From IMG/VR virus record IMGVR_UViG_3300043394_000609: a stretch of DNA of 64,000 nt; one strand, given 5' to 3'. Shown here piece by piece: positions 18,923 through 30,511 of the stretch. A model generated the notes under the pieces. That model was given only the letters and a program-made list of their open reading frames with translations. It did not search any database and was not told where the DNA came from. The DNA comes from a virus. Its lineage: Duplodnaviria; Caudoviricetes. Position numbers and translations under genes: made by a program. The stretch's first letter is position 1. Each line of letters opens with the position of its first letter.

Positions 18923-21900
18923 TATTCTCCTGATGTAAACGCACCTTTAGGTCCGTAATATTTTATGAATTTATCATATCCAGTACTACCAGGTCTTAAC
19001 CCAAAATAAAAATGGAAAGGTGTTGATAATACTTGTTTATTTCCTGAATAATTATTCACCGTTTTAAATATATAAACTTCTCGGTTACTACTACCAGCAT
19101 TACTAACGTAACTATACGATGTTGACCACGCCCCATTAACCAAAACGTAAATGTTACCAGTATATGGGTCTTTCCTAAATCCGCTAGGCCCATATGTTAA
19201 AACTTCTAACCATAAATCACCTTCTACGTACATAACCGGATCTGGAATTAAACCACCACTTAATGTAATGATCTCAAATCGTTCTAACATATCAGTATAG
19301 TTACCATCAAAGAAATACGTTTCATGGTCTTTAGTCATTGGTTTAATCAAATATTCTTCTTCACCATCAGCCATCAAATAATTTGTTGTTGTGTCAGTCG
19401 AACTACCAATTGAAACCATTCTTTGTAATTTTTGTGTTGCGATTTTTGTTCTGTCAAATTGTTGTTTATCAACATCACCAAAACCAGTATCTTTTTTATC
19501 CCACAAATACATTGGTACTGTTTGTGTATAGTCACCTAAACGGTTATTTAAACAAAGCCTAACCTCTCTACCATTTTGATCTAATTTAAAATCAATTGGC
19601 GTTGGTCCCCAATCAGAACCATTTTTAAAATAATCAGCATATGTTGGATCTTCAGGGTCCATAAATTCACCATTATAAATAAAATAATGTGTACTATCCA
19701 AATCAAAAGCTTCAATACCAGCTTCACAATTTATTGAAATTAACTGTCTAATATCACCATCCAATACTTTCATATTACTTCCCATACCAACACCAGTAAA
19801 GAAATCATCAACATCTATTTTAGCTTGACTTGCATCCATTCTAAAATTAATTGTATGTTCCAATACGTTACCTGGGTCTTGATATGATGAAACGGTAATA
19901 TCTCTAATAACAGAACAATTAGGATCAACCCTTGGATCAAAACAAATTTCATCAAAAAACTCATCCCTAACACCAACATCATATAAAGTAGTTGGGTGTA
20001 ATAATTCAACATAACCGTCATATGATTGTCCAATAAATTTTTGAGTTGTTGGATTGTATGGTGTACTTCTATAATAGAATTTTTGATCTAAAACATTATA
20101 AAAAACTAACTCTCTAGGAAACTTACTTGCACGCTGACTAATATCATATTCTTGTGAGTTATCCCATTTTATCCTAAAATCAAATTTAAAGAAATATAAT
20201 AACCCATGTAACCAGTTATCGGTATATGCGTAATTAAGTATACCACCACAAAACAAAATACCAACACGTTTTCTACGATACCACTCTTGAATTAAACCCG
20301 CATTTTTAGAACCGCCCTCAACAACAGGTATAATAACCATAACACCATCTCTTATTTCAGAATAACCCGATTTAGTTTTTCTATCATAATATGTGTTACC
20401 AAGTTTAGACCAAATTTTTAATCTAGGTAAACGGCCACCACCACTAGAACCAATAATATCAGCTAATATTGTATAACCTGGACCAGGTTTAGTTGCTGAT
20501 TCAACATAACCAGATGGGTATGTTGGTGGTGATAGTGGAATATAACGATCCCCGTATGTGCTTCCGGTAGACCAAAGATATGTTTGTGATAATGATTCAT
20601 TATATGCTTTATCATATTTAAAACAACCCTCTTCAACGTTATATGTTGAAGAAACACCATTCGGATCTATTTTTGGTTTGCTTCTATCATAAATCCTCAT
20701 AGTAAAATATGTACCTCTATCAGCAAAATTCCCAGTTCCATTATTGCCACCACTATAACCTTCGTAGTTGAAACCTGATATTTCAGCCCAACCACCATGA
20801 TCATAAGTTATACTATTAAGTGTTCTGTCTGCATATTCACCAACAACATTTACTAAATTTTGTATATATGTTATACCATAATTTCCTTCACCAGTCGCCC
20901 AAGAATCTAAACTACCTTGATCTATTGTTACCGTTGTAAATTTTGATATGTCAACTAAAATCGTGTTAGTACTAAAACTGACAGTAAAATCACTTATAGA
21001 AACTGATTTGGTTAATGTATCACCATTAGCAGTTGAATAAGGTAATATATTGTCATTTACCACACCAATAGACTCACCAATAAATCTTGAATTATTTGGG
21101 TCCCCTGTAATTGGCGTTATTGTTTGCGTGTGAAGACCATTTAAAATAGTTCTAGTTGCAGATTTAGTTGACCCCACTAATTCAAATGTGTTTTGACTCA
21201 TAAACGGATCAGTAGACACATAATCTCGAGCCCTACCGCCAGAAACAACAGTTGAACTGTTTTCTGCTGTATTTGTGTTAAATGAATATGGAATTAAATA
21301 AACTTTCTGATTACCAGCGCCAACACCAATAACTTTAAATGTTATTTCACCAACCGAACAATATGCACTGGATAACGATGCTCCTAATGTTGCGTACTCA
21401 TCATCTGTTGAACATTCTTCACAATCTGGATATGTTGTTAACGATAATGTTTGTGTTCCGTTAACTTGTAATTTATGTGCAATATCTTGAAATTGTTCAC
21501 CGATTTTAGCAAACGGTCTCCATTTAAATGGCCAACCAAAATAAATAGCGTACAACGCTTTACCAACTGTCATGAAGAAACCCCCAATTAATTCATAGAC
21601 AAAATTAAGAATGATTGCAATTATAAACTGCATAAATAAAATTACCTGTGAAATTAATAACGAAAATTTAATTCTATTTTTAAACCCAAAATTTGTTGGT
21701 ATGAAATTAGCAGTCCCCGAGCAATCATCTTCTGAATTAGGTCTAATCTCTTTTAACCCTAAAAACGCGTCTCTTCTTGATAGGCCAAAGAAACTTTCAG
21801 CTGCCGAAACTTCATAATGTGAACCTTGAAATGACGATGGGGTATAAACTTTACCATAAATGAATTTATAAAAATAATCTTCTGGAATATCATCATTGTT

Positions 21901-23268
21901 CGTTCCTAACATCAATTCCATTTTATGTGTTCTTTCTGCTGTGGTTAATGGTTCCACAGTAAAACCAGTTGGCAATGGGGTATTGTAATAATCTTCAAAC
22001 ACATTTGAAAAACAATATGATGAAATCATTGCTTCACTATATTCGCCACTAATACTACCATCTCCGCCATTACCACCACCACTATATTTGTTAAACTCTC
22101 TAATATTTGGAACTAAGTAATGTGCAGAATGTGTACCTTTAGTTGCTGTAATATCACCACTATTTAATGATAGTCTAAATCTTGCAACAGTTGTTGTTGC
22201 AATACCTTTATTAGGATCATTAGTTATTTCTTGTTCCCCAAACTCATTAGTATAGGTATAATCCATGTTCATTTGAATCACAGCCATCGCACTACCATCA
22301 TCCTCAATCATTCCCGGACTAAAATATTCTAACTCAGGAACTAATGTAACACCATCAGATGCATAAACTTTATTACCAGTATATCTAACTCCTTCAATTT
22401 TACCTTCGCTCGTTTCTAAATTACATTTATAACCAGTTTTTCTTCTAATAACACCACTTCGTTTAACAGCATCACCATTATTATCAGTTACCGAAGAAAC
22501 TAAAACTAAAGAAACCGGGTCAACTTTTATCCCGTAATTAGACAAATCAAAGTCACATCGGTTTATACCAATTTGACATAAATCCATATTACCCCAGAAT
22601 GGTGCAACTTCAATTGTTTTGTCAAATGAAACAATTTGTGGTAAACCGTCTAAATCACTATCACTTTTAAAATTATAAAAACGATCAAATATGTTTTCTG
22701 AACGACCTTGTCTGATGAAATCATATGGTCTAAGAGAAAAACAACCCATATCTGATAAATCCACATCAACGTGTAAAACTTGTTCTCCAAGTGGAACCCC
22801 CCAAATCATAAAATCACCAGCACTATTTGTTTTTACAGTATAGCGATAATACGTATCGAAGACTTCTAAACATTCTTCTCTACTTAAGATATCTTCTTGG
22901 TCAAAAAATGTTCCAGTTGGAACATGACCCCCATGTTGTTTTCTTGCGGGTAATAAATTATAACGATAACCATCAGTATTAGAATCTTCTGATGTTTGAA
23001 AAGGATATAAAGCTGATATAACCGGATCGGGGATGTCCTGATCCTTTATAGGTACGAAAATAGAAACCCTAGCGTTAGGTATACCAAAACCATTATTAAC
23101 GATTATACGGCCACAAACGACCCCATAATCAGCACACAATGATGTGTAGGCTTCTTGTTGGGTAAATTTAAGTGATAAAATCTCTAATAGGTCAAAATTT
23201 TGATTGATTTCAACCGAAATTGTTTTATCATTACCAATCTCTGTATTAATACGGTGTTTTTGAATCAT
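18922..23268 (-). CDS. Large tail/baseplate protein with N-terminal carboxypeptidase-regulatory-like beta domain and internal hydrophobic helices
   Basis: 1448 aa; VVCGRIIVNNGFGIPNARVSIF and VKTNSAGDFMIWGVP; hydrophobic FSLLISQVILFMQFIIAIILNFVYELIGGFF; fibre-like P..EGDLWL..IYV...W near the C-terminus. Confidence 0.55.
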   Translation of the reverse strand: MIQKHRINTEIGNDKTISVEINQNFDLLEILSLKFTQQEAYTSLCADYGVVCGRIIVNNGFGIPNARVSIFVPIKDQDIPDPVISALYPFQTSEDSNTDGYRYNLLPARKQHGGHVPTGTFFDQEDILSREECLEVFDTYYRYTVKTNSAGDFMIWGVPLGEQVLHVDVDLSDMGCFSLRPYDFIRQGRSENIFDRFYNFKSDSDLDGLPQIVSFDKTIEVAPFWGNMDLCQIGINRCDFDLSNYGIKVDPVSLVLVSSVTDNNGDAVKRSGVIRRKTGYKCNLETSEGKIEGVRYTGNKVYASDGVTLVPELEYFSPGMIEDDGSAMAVIQMNMDYTYTNEFGEQEITNDPNKGIATTTVARFRLSLNSGDITATKGTHSAHYLVPNIREFNKYSGGGNGGDGSISGEYSEAMISSYCFSNVFEDYYNTPLPTGFTVEPLTTAERTHKMELMLGTNNDDIPEDYFYKFIYGKVYTPSSFQGSHYEVSAAESFFGLSRRDAFLGLKEIRPNSEDDCSGTANFIPTNFGFKNRIKFSLLISQVILFMQFIIAIILNFVYELIGGFFMTVGKALYAIYFGWPFKWRPFAKIGEQFQDIAHKLQVNGTQTLSLTTYPDCEECSTDDEYATLGASLSSAYCSVGEITFKVIGVGAGNQKVYLIPYSFNTNTAENSSTVVSGGRARDYVSTDPFMSQNTFELVGSTKSATRTILNGLHTQTITPITGDPNNSRFIGESIGVVNDNILPYSTANGDTLTKSVSISDFTVSFSTNTILVDISKFTTVTIDQGSLDSWATGEGNYGITYIQNLVNVVGEYADRTLNSITYDHGGWAEISGFNYEGYSGGNNGTGNFADRGTYFTMRIYDRSKPKIDPNGVSSTYNVEEGCFKYDKAYNESLSQTYLWSTGSTYGDRYIPLSPPTYPSGYVESATKPGPGYTILADIIGSSGGGRLPRLKIWSKLGNTYYDRKTKSGYSEIRDGVMVIIPVVEGGSKNAGLIQEWYRRKRVGILFCGGILNYAYTDNWLHGLLYFFKFDFRIKWDNSQEYDISQRASKFPRELVFYNVLDQKFYYRSTPYNPTTQKFIGQSYDGYVELLHPTTLYDVGVRDEFFDEICFDPRVDPNCSVIRDITVSSYQDPGNVLEHTINFRMDASQAKIDVDDFFTGVGMGSNMKVLDGDIRQLISINCEAGIEAFDLDSTHYFIYNGEFMDPEDPTYADYFKNGSDWGPTPIDFKLDQNGREVRLCLNNRLGDYTQTVPMYLWDKKDTGFGDVDKQQFDRTKIATQKLQRMVSIGSSTDTTTNYLMADGEEEYLIKPMTKDHETYFFDGNYTDMLERFEIITLSGGLIPDPVMYVEGDLWLEVLTYGPSGFRKDPYTGNIYVLVNGAWSTSYSYVSNAGSSNREVYIFKTVNNYSGNKQVLSTPFHFYFGLRPGSTGYDKFIKYYGPKGAFTSGE

Positions 23269-23274
23269 ATTATC

Positions 23275-23282
23275 TATAAATA
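23275..23282 (-). promoter_or_regulatory. Putative late promoter TATTTATA
   Basis: 6 nt upstream of the ATG at 23268. Confidence 0.65.
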
Positions 23283-23327
23283 GAAACTCATTGGTTTTCT
23301 ATAATGAAAATATAACTAAAAATTAGT

Positions 23328-25160
23328 TTAATATGTAGTGGTTCCTAATGTTTTAACTCTGATTTTGATATCCTTATTAGGGAATCTAATCTGAAAAATT
23401 TGATTAGATTTCATATGGATTGTTAGATCTGATTGTTGTATTTCTTTGGTTACAGTATCTTTGTATGCTTGAGCCACTTCAGATAATGAATACTCACCAC
23501 CTAACTTATTATAAACCCTAACATCAATTGCATTAACAACACCAGCTACATTATTTATCTCTTTCATTAATTCACCAACAAATAATGGGTCACCCATTTT
23601 TCGTTTATCAATATTAAAATATGTGGTAGTCGATGAAATGATATCACGCAATACTTCAGTTTGATTTTGGTTTTTATCCAATAAAACGTCAATTTCTAAC
23701 CCTAAATCAATAACTTCACCACTAACAATATCTAAATAATCATTTATCATTCTATATTCTGATAGATAATTTAAGATATTATTTTTTAATGTGTTAGAAA
23801 CAATATCAGTAAGATTTCCATTTTCATCATAAGATAATAATTTAATTCTAACTTTGTTTTCTTCTTCCATCACATTTACTTTTGCCGGGGCACCATAAGT
23901 TGATGGCATTGTTTCGATCAAAGATTTGTAATCATTTAATGTTACGGCACGATTTTGTGATGCGAAATTATACGCGATCATACCTCTTAATTCTTCTGTT
24001 GTTGGTTGATCTGCCCCACCTACTGCTGGGGTTACATTTGTTATATTTAAAGATTTAGATACTTGATCATTTATTGTTGAATTTGGGCCTGTTATGTCAA
24101 ACTCAACATTTTCTATATTAGTTATTACATTAACCCCTAAATTACTTTCTTTACCACCACCAATTCGGTATTTAACAAACAAAGTTGTACTAGTCTTAGG
24201 TAGGGCACCTAAAGATAAATTATTAAGATATGTTCCTAAATTAACCTTTAATTTGTCAGTAATATAACTGTCTAAATTATCCATTGGATCAACACTACCT
24301 GATCCAAATGTTACTGAAAAATACCCTTCTGGGGTATATTCTGTGATGAATTTATTTGAAACTCTAATATGATCACCAGCAGTAAAGTTAGCTCTATCTG
24401 AAACTGATGTTGTATTAGGAATGAAAACCTTATCTTGAACTAACGATTTAACTTCGTACCATTTGTTTTCACTATTAGCAAATTCACTACTTGTTGGATT
24501 TCCAGCAAATGTTGTACCGTCTTTATGAATCATACTAGTAATCCCTAATATGTTCTTTTCTGGTAGATATAATTTTAAAAACGGTTTTTGATCTTGAGCG
24601 GTAATAACACGTCTGAATACTTTTGTTACACCATTAACTACAGGTTCTCTTTTTGTTATTGTATATGAAATTAATTTATTGTTCCCATCAAAATTTGGTA
24701 TTTTTAATCTGTTAGGTTCTCCCTTGTCATTGAATGGGTTTGAGAAATCAATATCAGTTATTGTTTCAAAAATTTGACCCCCACCAGAGATCTGTGCACC
24801 AGATCTTAAAATACCTTCATATCTATCATCATCTTTATCACCCTTAACCGGAACATTGATACTAAAGTCACATAATGCAACTGAAGGTCTAGCTCCCGGT
24901 ATTTTAATACCATAAGTTTTTGCAATATGAAATAATGATTGTCTTTGTTGAGCAAAGTCTAACATTGTTTCTTGCCAAACACGGTCAATATGAAAATGTA
25001 AGTTATCCGCAACCGCAGCATTTAAATCTAATAAAACTGAGTAGATTGATGCATCATTTGTGTTATTAATTAACTCTGGGTAATATTCCTTGGTTAATTG
25101 AACAAGGTCTTGTCTAATCCCAGCGAAATCCCTATTAGTGTATGATATTTTTTTAGCCAT
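23328..25160 (-). CDS. Baseplate wedge subunit (T4 gp6 / baseplate J-like)
   Basis: YTNRDFAGIRQDL, ETMLDFAQQRQSL, GGADQPTTEELR...FASQNRAVTLNDY are gp6-family motifs. Confidence 0.9.
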   Translation of the reverse strand: MAKKISYTNRDFAGIRQDLVQLTKEYYPELINNTNDASIYSVLLDLNAAVADNLHFHIDRVWQETMLDFAQQRQSLFHIAKTYGIKIPGARPSVALCDFSINVPVKGDKDDDRYEGILRSGAQISGGGQIFETITDIDFSNPFNDKGEPNRLKIPNFDGNNKLISYTITKREPVVNGVTKVFRRVITAQDQKPFLKLYLPEKNILGITSMIHKDGTTFAGNPTSSEFANSENKWYEVKSLVQDKVFIPNTTSVSDRANFTAGDHIRVSNKFITEYTPEGYFSVTFGSGSVDPMDNLDSYITDKLKVNLGTYLNNLSLGALPKTSTTLFVKYRIGGGKESNLGVNVITNIENVEFDITGPNSTINDQVSKSLNITNVTPAVGGADQPTTEELRGMIAYNFASQNRAVTLNDYKSLIETMPSTYGAPAKVNVMEEENKVRIKLLSYDENGNLTDIVSNTLKNNILNYLSEYRMINDYLDIVSGEVIDLGLEIDVLLDKNQNQTEVLRDIISSTTTYFNIDKRKMGDPLFVGELMKEINNVAGVVNAIDVRVYNKLGGEYSLSEVAQAYKDTVTKEIQQSDLTIHMKSNQIFQIRFPNKDIKIRVKTLGTTTY

Positions 25161-25162
25161 TT

Positions 25163-25615
25163 TTAAATGTTAATAATTACAAAATCGGAAGTTCCAAACG
25201 TTCCATTATTAGTTGTATAGTCGATTCTTATTTTTGCGGTGTATGGCTTAGAAGCTGCGCTCGAAACTCTAAAAAGCCTTGCATCATCTTCTTCACTAAC
25301 AATAGACTCTTGTTCAGGATCTAGTTCCGCATTAGTTATGTTTATTTTATTAATTTCTAGATTAGGTATGTATTTTCTAACCGATTCTCTAATTTCACCT
25401 TCAATGTGACCATATGTCACACTATCATTCATGTCGAAAATATATTCATATAATCTACTCCCGAAATCAGGTAAGAAATATCTACTACCTTTTCTCGTCA
25501 ATAATAAATGAACAAGATTCGCGCGAATCTCTTCATCCTTGGAAACTGTCATTTTAACAAAGTCACCAAGTCTGCTATTTCTAAAAGGGAAGTCTAAACC
25601 ATATTTTGTAGCCAT
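25163..25615 (-). CDS. Baseplate wedge subunit, gp25/GpW-like
   Basis: GLDFPF...IRANLVHLLLTRKGSRYFLPDFGSRLYEYIFD. Confidence 0.9.
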   Translation of the reverse strand: MATKYGLDFPFRNSRLGDFVKMTVSKDEEIRANLVHLLLTRKGSRYFLPDFGSRLYEYIFDMNDSVTYGHIEGEIRESVRKYIPNLEINKINITNAELDPEQESIVSEEDDARLFRVSSAASKPYTAKIRIDYTTNNGTFGTSDFVIINI

Positions 25616-25618
25616 AAC

Positions 25619-25626
25619 AATAAATA
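25619..25626 (-). promoter_or_regulatory. Putative late promoter TATTTATT
   Basis: 3 nt upstream of the gp25-like ATG, downstream of the nrdA terminator. Confidence 0.6.
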
Positions 25627-25652
25627 TAAAGAATACTAAAATGGTATTAAAT

Positions 25653-25680
25653 AAAAAAATCCCAACCGAAGCTGGGATTT
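25653..25680 (-). terminator. Rho-independent terminator after nrdA
   Basis: AAATCCCA/TGGGATTT stem plus U-run. Confidence 0.85.
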
Positions 25681-25703
25681 GAGTATTATTGTGTCATGTT
25701 GTT

Positions 25704-28109
25704 TTATGAACCACAACCTTCGCATTCGAATGGAGAATCCGTTGGTCTTTCAGTCACCATAACTAATTCAGGTGTATTTTCACTAATAATTGCATTTGTT
25801 GCTGGTTGTTCGATTGGTTTTGCTGTTGACAAATCCATACCTAACCCTTTTAACGCATCAACTGCTGATCTTGTTCTTAGATAATACATTCCGGTTTTTA
25901 AACCTAATTTCCAACCATATAAGTGAGCCGCCAATAATTTTGGTTTGGTTGCGTTATCAATAAATAAGTTCAATGATTGTGATTGATCAATAAACACACT
26001 ACGATTCGCTGCCATTGCCAAAATACGTTTTTGTGACATCTCCCAAACGGTTTTGTACACTTCCTTAACTTCGGTCGGAATTTCTGGAATGTTTTGTACA
26101 GAACCATTTTCCATCATCAATTTCTTTTTAATGTCATCATTCCATAGATTAAGTTTCAATAACTCATTTACCAAATGTTTGTTAATAACAATAAACTCAC
26201 CACCTAATGTTCTACGAGTATATAAGTTAGTTGTAAAAGGTTCAAATGCTTCATTATTACCTAAAATTTGAGCTGTCGATGCCGTTGGCATAGGCGCAAC
26301 TAATAATGAATTTCTAACACCATAGTTAACAATCTCTCTTCTCAATGATTTCCAATCCCATCTACCAGATAAATCTTCATCTGTTTTACCCCACATTTGG
26401 AATTGCAAAATTCCTTTTTCAATTGGTGATCCACTAATACTTTCGTATGGACCAACAACTTTAGAAATTTCATTAGATGATGTTAAAGCGGCAAAATAAA
26501 TAGTTTCAAAAATTTCTGTTTGTAATTTATCCGCTTCTTCACTTTCAAATGGTAAACCTAGCATACAGAACACATCCGCTAATCCTTGGATACCTAAACC
26601 AACTGGTCTATGTCTAAAATTAGATAATTTAGTTTCTTTAGTTGGATAAAAATTTAAGTTAATAACGTTATTTAAATTTTTAACTACTTGAAATGTCATG
26701 TCATATAACAATTCATGATCAAAAACACCATCAATTACATATTTTGGTAAAGCAATTGAAGCTAAGTTACAAACTGCTTGTTCTTCCGGTGAACTGTATT
26801 CAATAATTTCAGTACATAAGTTAGATGACTTAATGGTACCTAAGTTTTGTTGATTTGATTTGTAGTTCGCAGCATCTTTATACAACATATATGGTGTCCC
26901 AGTCTCAATTTGAGCTGTTAAGATAGAATCCATTAATTTTCTAGCTTTAACGACCTTTCTTGCTCTACCTTCAGATTCATATTGTTCATATAAACGAGTA
27001 AATGCTTTATCTGTTGGTGAATCAACAGCATCAGATAAACCTGGTGCCTCATCTGGTGAAAATAACGACCAATCCCCATCTTGTTCAACACGTTCCATGA
27101 ATAAATCTGGAGTCCACATTGCCAAAAATAGATCTCTTGCTCTTAATTCTTCTTTACCATGGTTTTTTCTTAAATCAATAAACTCAAAAACATCAGCATG
27201 CCATGGTTCTAGATAGATAGCAAATGAACCTTTACGTTTACCACCTTGATTAATCCAACGAGCAACCTCATTATATGTTTTCATCATTGGTAATAAACCA
27301 TCGGACTCACCACCAGTTCCTTTAATGTACGACCCCTTTGCTCTTACGTCATGAACATGTAATCCAATACCACCAGCCCATTTAGAAATCTTAGCAACAT
27401 CTTTAACCGTATCAAATAAACCATCAATATCATCACCTTTGTTACCAATTAAGAAACAAGACGACATTTGTGGTCTTGGTGTTCCAGCGTTAAATAGTGT
27501 TGGTGTTGCATGCGTATAAAAATGAGTTGATAAATCATCATAGATTCTTAACGCCTCTTTTATGTCAAAATTACAAATACCAACAGCAACTCTCATGTAT
27601 GTATACTGAGGTCTTTCAACAATTTTCTTACCTATTTTAAGTAAGTAAGAACGTTCCAGTGTTTTAAACCCAAAATAATCAAAATCAAAATCACGATTTA
27701 AATTAATCGCATTATCAATAACTTCTTTGTTTTCCATCACGAATGAAAACACTTCATCTGAAATCAATGAGTTTTCTTTACCTGTTTTAGGGTCAATGAA
27801 ATGATGTAATTCTTTAATCGCCTGAGAAAATTTCTTAGGTGTTGTTTTATGTAAATTAGTCACCGCTAATCTACCTGCTAATTTAGCATAATCTGGATGA
27901 GTTGTTGTCATAGAAGCCGCAGTTTCTGCAGCTAATGTATCCAACTCAGAAGAAGAAATACCATCATATATTCCTTGTGTTACCTTTAAGGTAATTAAGG
28001 TTGGATCAACATATTCCATGTTAAGATCATTACAAAGAGCTGTTATTCTCCTTGTAATTTTATCATACCTCATTTCTTCTAACTCACCGTTTCTCTTTTT
28101 TACTTTCAT
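25704..28109 (-). CDS. nrdA: Class Ia ribonucleotide reductase large subunit with ATP cone
   Basis: VKKRNG ATP cone, ATPTLFNAGT, SSCF, SNLCTEI, VCNLAS, APMPTAST and C-terminal CEGC. Confidence 0.97.
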   Translation of the reverse strand: MKVKKRNGELEEMRYDKITRRITALCNDLNMEYVDPTLITLKVTQGIYDGISSSELDTLAAETAASMTTTHPDYAKLAGRLAVTNLHKTTPKKFSQAIKELHHFIDPKTGKENSLISDEVFSFVMENKEVIDNAINLNRDFDFDYFGFKTLERSYLLKIGKKIVERPQYTYMRVAVGICNFDIKEALRIYDDLSTHFYTHATPTLFNAGTPRPQMSSCFLIGNKGDDIDGLFDTVKDVAKISKWAGGIGLHVHDVRAKGSYIKGTGGESDGLLPMMKTYNEVARWINQGGKRKGSFAIYLEPWHADVFEFIDLRKNHGKEELRARDLFLAMWTPDLFMERVEQDGDWSLFSPDEAPGLSDAVDSPTDKAFTRLYEQYESEGRARKVVKARKLMDSILTAQIETGTPYMLYKDAANYKSNQQNLGTIKSSNLCTEIIEYSSPEEQAVCNLASIALPKYVIDGVFDHELLYDMTFQVVKNLNNVINLNFYPTKETKLSNFRHRPVGLGIQGLADVFCMLGLPFESEEADKLQTEIFETIYFAALTSSNEISKVVGPYESISGSPIEKGILQFQMWGKTDEDLSGRWDWKSLRREIVNYGVRNSLLVAPMPTASTAQILGNNEAFEPFTTNLYTRRTLGGEFIVINKHLVNELLKLNLWNDDIKKKLMMENGSVQNIPEIPTEVKEVYKTVWEMSQKRILAMAANRSVFIDQSQSLNLFIDNATKPKLLAAHLYGWKLGLKTGMYYLRTRSAVDALKGLGMDLSTAKPIEQPATNAIISENTPELVMVTERPTDSPFECEGCGS

Positions 28110-28134
28110 CTATATTACTAAGTTTAAATTTTAA

Positions 28135-29106
28135 TTAAAAATCAACATCACCAAACGCTGAATCTAAATCTTCTGCGCCATTGTTTACCCCCGCTTTTTG
28201 GTATTCTGCCACTCTTTTTTCAAAGAAGTTAGTTTTACCCTGTAATGCAATGTTTTGCATAAAATCAAATGGATTCTCAGTGTTATATACTTTAGAACAT
28301 CCTAATGCCATTAATAATCTGTCAGTAACAAATTCAAGATATTGAGACATCAAATCAGAATTCATGCCAATTAATCTAACTGGCAACGCTTCAAGAATAA
28401 ATTCTTTTTCAATTTCTAACGCACCACAGATAATCTCTTTGATTCTCTTTTCATCAATTTTGTTTTCTATGTGTTGATTATAGATATGACAAGCAAAATC
28501 ACAGTGAACACCCTCATCTCTTGAAATTAATTCATTAGAGAATGTTAATCCAGGCATTAACCCTCTTTTCTTTAACCAGAAAATTGAACAGAATGACCCA
28601 GAGAAAAAGATACCTTCCACAGCAGCGAATGCAATCAAACGTTCAGCAAATGATTCTGATTCAATCCATTTTAATGCCCAATCCGCTTTCTTTTTAACGG
28701 CCGGTATTGTATCGACAGCGTTAAATAAGTATGTTTGTTCATCTTTATCTTTCACCAATGTGTCGATCAATAATGAATAGGTTTCGCTATGAATGTTTTC
28801 CATCATGATTTGGAATCCATAGAAAAATTTAGCTTCAGTATATTGAACTTCATTAACGAAGTTTATTGCTAAGTTTTCATTTACGATACCATCAGATGCA
28901 GCAAAGAATGCTAGTACGTGTTTAACGAAATGTTTCTCGTCATCATTTAATTTATTCTCCCAATCCAATGTGTCTTGTCCTAAATCAATTTCTTCTGCTG
29001 TCCAAAAAGACGCTTCAGATTGTTTATAAAATTTCCATAAATCGTCATGTTCGATAGGAAAAAGGACAAAACGTCCAGGATTATCTTGTAAGATTTTCTC
29101 AGTCAT
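28135..29106 (-). CDS. nrdB: Class Ia ribonucleotide reductase small subunit
   Basis: [22 protein letters not shown] (radical Tyr), [24 protein letters not shown]. Confidence 0.97.
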   Translation of the reverse strand: MTEKILQDNPGRFVLFPIEHDDLWKFYKQSEASFWTAEEIDLGQDTLDWENKLNDDEKHFVKHVLAFFAASDGIVNENLAINFVNEVQYTEAKFFYGFQIMMENIHSETYSLLIDTLVKDKDEQTYLFNAVDTIPAVKKKADWALKWIESESFAERLIAFAAVEGIFFSGSFCSIFWLKKRGLMPGLTFSNELISRDEGVHCDFACHIYNQHIENKIDEKRIKEIICGALEIEKEFILEALPVRLIGMNSDLMSQYLEFVTDRLLMALGCSKVYNTENPFDFMQNIALQGKTNFFEKRVAEYQKAGVNNGAEDLDSAFGDVDF

Positions 29107-29120
29107 AGTGTTTTTGTTTA

Positions 29121-30494
29121 TTATATTAATTGTTGTGATTTTTTGTAAATTTCCACTGCGCGGTTTCTTCTTTCTTCTTCTTTGTCTTCCTTGTGGCCCA
29201 ATAATGTATTTTGATAATCAGTGTCGATATCTAATAACGCATTATTAAATTTACAATTTTGGAATACAACACCGTCTTTACCAATACGTGATTTCAACAA
29301 TGTTAATGTACCTAAGTCATGCTCTTTTTGTTCTAGTGTTTTACCAATAGAAATAACTACGTGACCAATTTGGGCTTTCTTAATTGATCCACCCATTTGA
29401 TCTGTTGTAACAACCTCAGACGCAATAGATGCCCTATTACCTTGTGTTGCTGTCCATACCGCAATTTCAAATTCTGAAGTCATAGCCTCTAGTTGTCTCA
29501 TGATAGCACCATCACCTTTCCATTCTTCATTATATGAGCTTCTTTCTGGTGTAATACAATCAACGTAATCTAAAGTTACAATATCAACTTTAAATCCGTC
29601 AGCAATCATTTTTCTAATTTTAGATTTGATTTCACCCATAGTAACCGAATCACTTGGTAATTTCAATAATCTCAATTGACCCGTTGAATTAGTTTCAGCA
29701 GTAGTTACGGCTTCTTTAACTAGTTCGTAGTTAGCTGGCTGTTCATCCGGTACTATACCAGACCATATAGTATAGTGTTTTCTTTTTATGTTATTCACGT
29801 TATCCTCGAAGAAGATTTGAAGAACATTCTTACCATTCATGTAAGCTGTGTTAGAAAACTTAGTTAAAAGGGTTGTTTTACCGGTTCCCGTTGGGGCCAA
29901 AACGACCCCAAGTTCACCTTTACCTAAACCTCCGTTTAGTAAATTGTCAATTCCGGTAATCCCAGTTGCAATTGGTTCTCTTGCATCTTCTTTTAAAGCA
30001 TCAGCAATATTATCAAATACATCCTGCATATCGTGATTATCTTCACCAACTTGTAATGCTTTTTGTATGATCGATTCTATTTTGTGATACTCCTCAAACT
30101 CACCGTCATTTGTGATAGTTTCAACTTCTTTTAATGCCTTTTTTAATAATTGTTGCTTACAAAAATTTAAAGCTTTATCCTTGATAAAGGCATCGTTATT
30201 CTCTAAAACAAGACTTCTAATATTTTCGATTGTGTCCAGGTGCATCTTTAAAGATGTGTCTTTCCCATTTTCAGAAAGCATTTTTTGCTTTAATGTCTCA
30301 TATGTTGGTACCGCATTGTATGTTTCATAGTACTCCTTTAAATTCACCATAATGAATTTAAAACTAGCATTATCAAAATACGAGCTATCCATTACCTCAA
30401 TGATCGTGTCAGCAAAACGTTTCTCTTCAATGATTGTTTTCAACAACCCTTGCTGGAAAGTAATACCTAGATAACCAAAATTTTTCTCGTTCAT
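29121..30494 (-). CDS. DnaB/gp41-like replicative helicase
   Basis: [19 protein letters not shown], Walker [30 protein letters not shown]. Confidence 0.9.
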   Translation of the reverse strand: MNEKNFGYLGITFQQGLLKTIIEEKRFADTIIEVMDSSYFDNASFKFIMVNLKEYYETYNAVPTYETLKQKMLSENGKDTSLKMHLDTIENIRSLVLENNDAFIKDKALNFCKQQLLKKALKEVETITNDGEFEEYHKIESIIQKALQVGEDNHDMQDVFDNIADALKEDAREPIATGITGIDNLLNGGLGKGELGVVLAPTGTGKTTLLTKFSNTAYMNGKNVLQIFFEDNVNNIKRKHYTIWSGIVPDEQPANYELVKEAVTTAETNSTGQLRLLKLPSDSVTMGEIKSKIRKMIADGFKVDIVTLDYVDCITPERSSYNEEWKGDGAIMRQLEAMTSEFEIAVWTATQGNRASIASEVVTTDQMGGSIKKAQIGHVVISIGKTLEQKEHDLGTLTLLKSRIGKDGVVFQNCKFNNALLDIDTDYQNTLLGHKEDKEEERRNRAVEIYKKSQQLI

Positions 30495-30511
30495 TTTTTA
30501 TTTTTTATAAT

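Noticed and set aside
25704-29106. Eukaryotic virus (NCLDV) origin suggested by eukaryote-like RNR, PolB, SNF2 and a ubiquitin-like gene
   Set aside because: Sheath, tube, baseplate, gp32-like SSB and rho-independent terminators indicate a bacteriophage; Bacteroidota nrdAB are themselves eukaryote-like.
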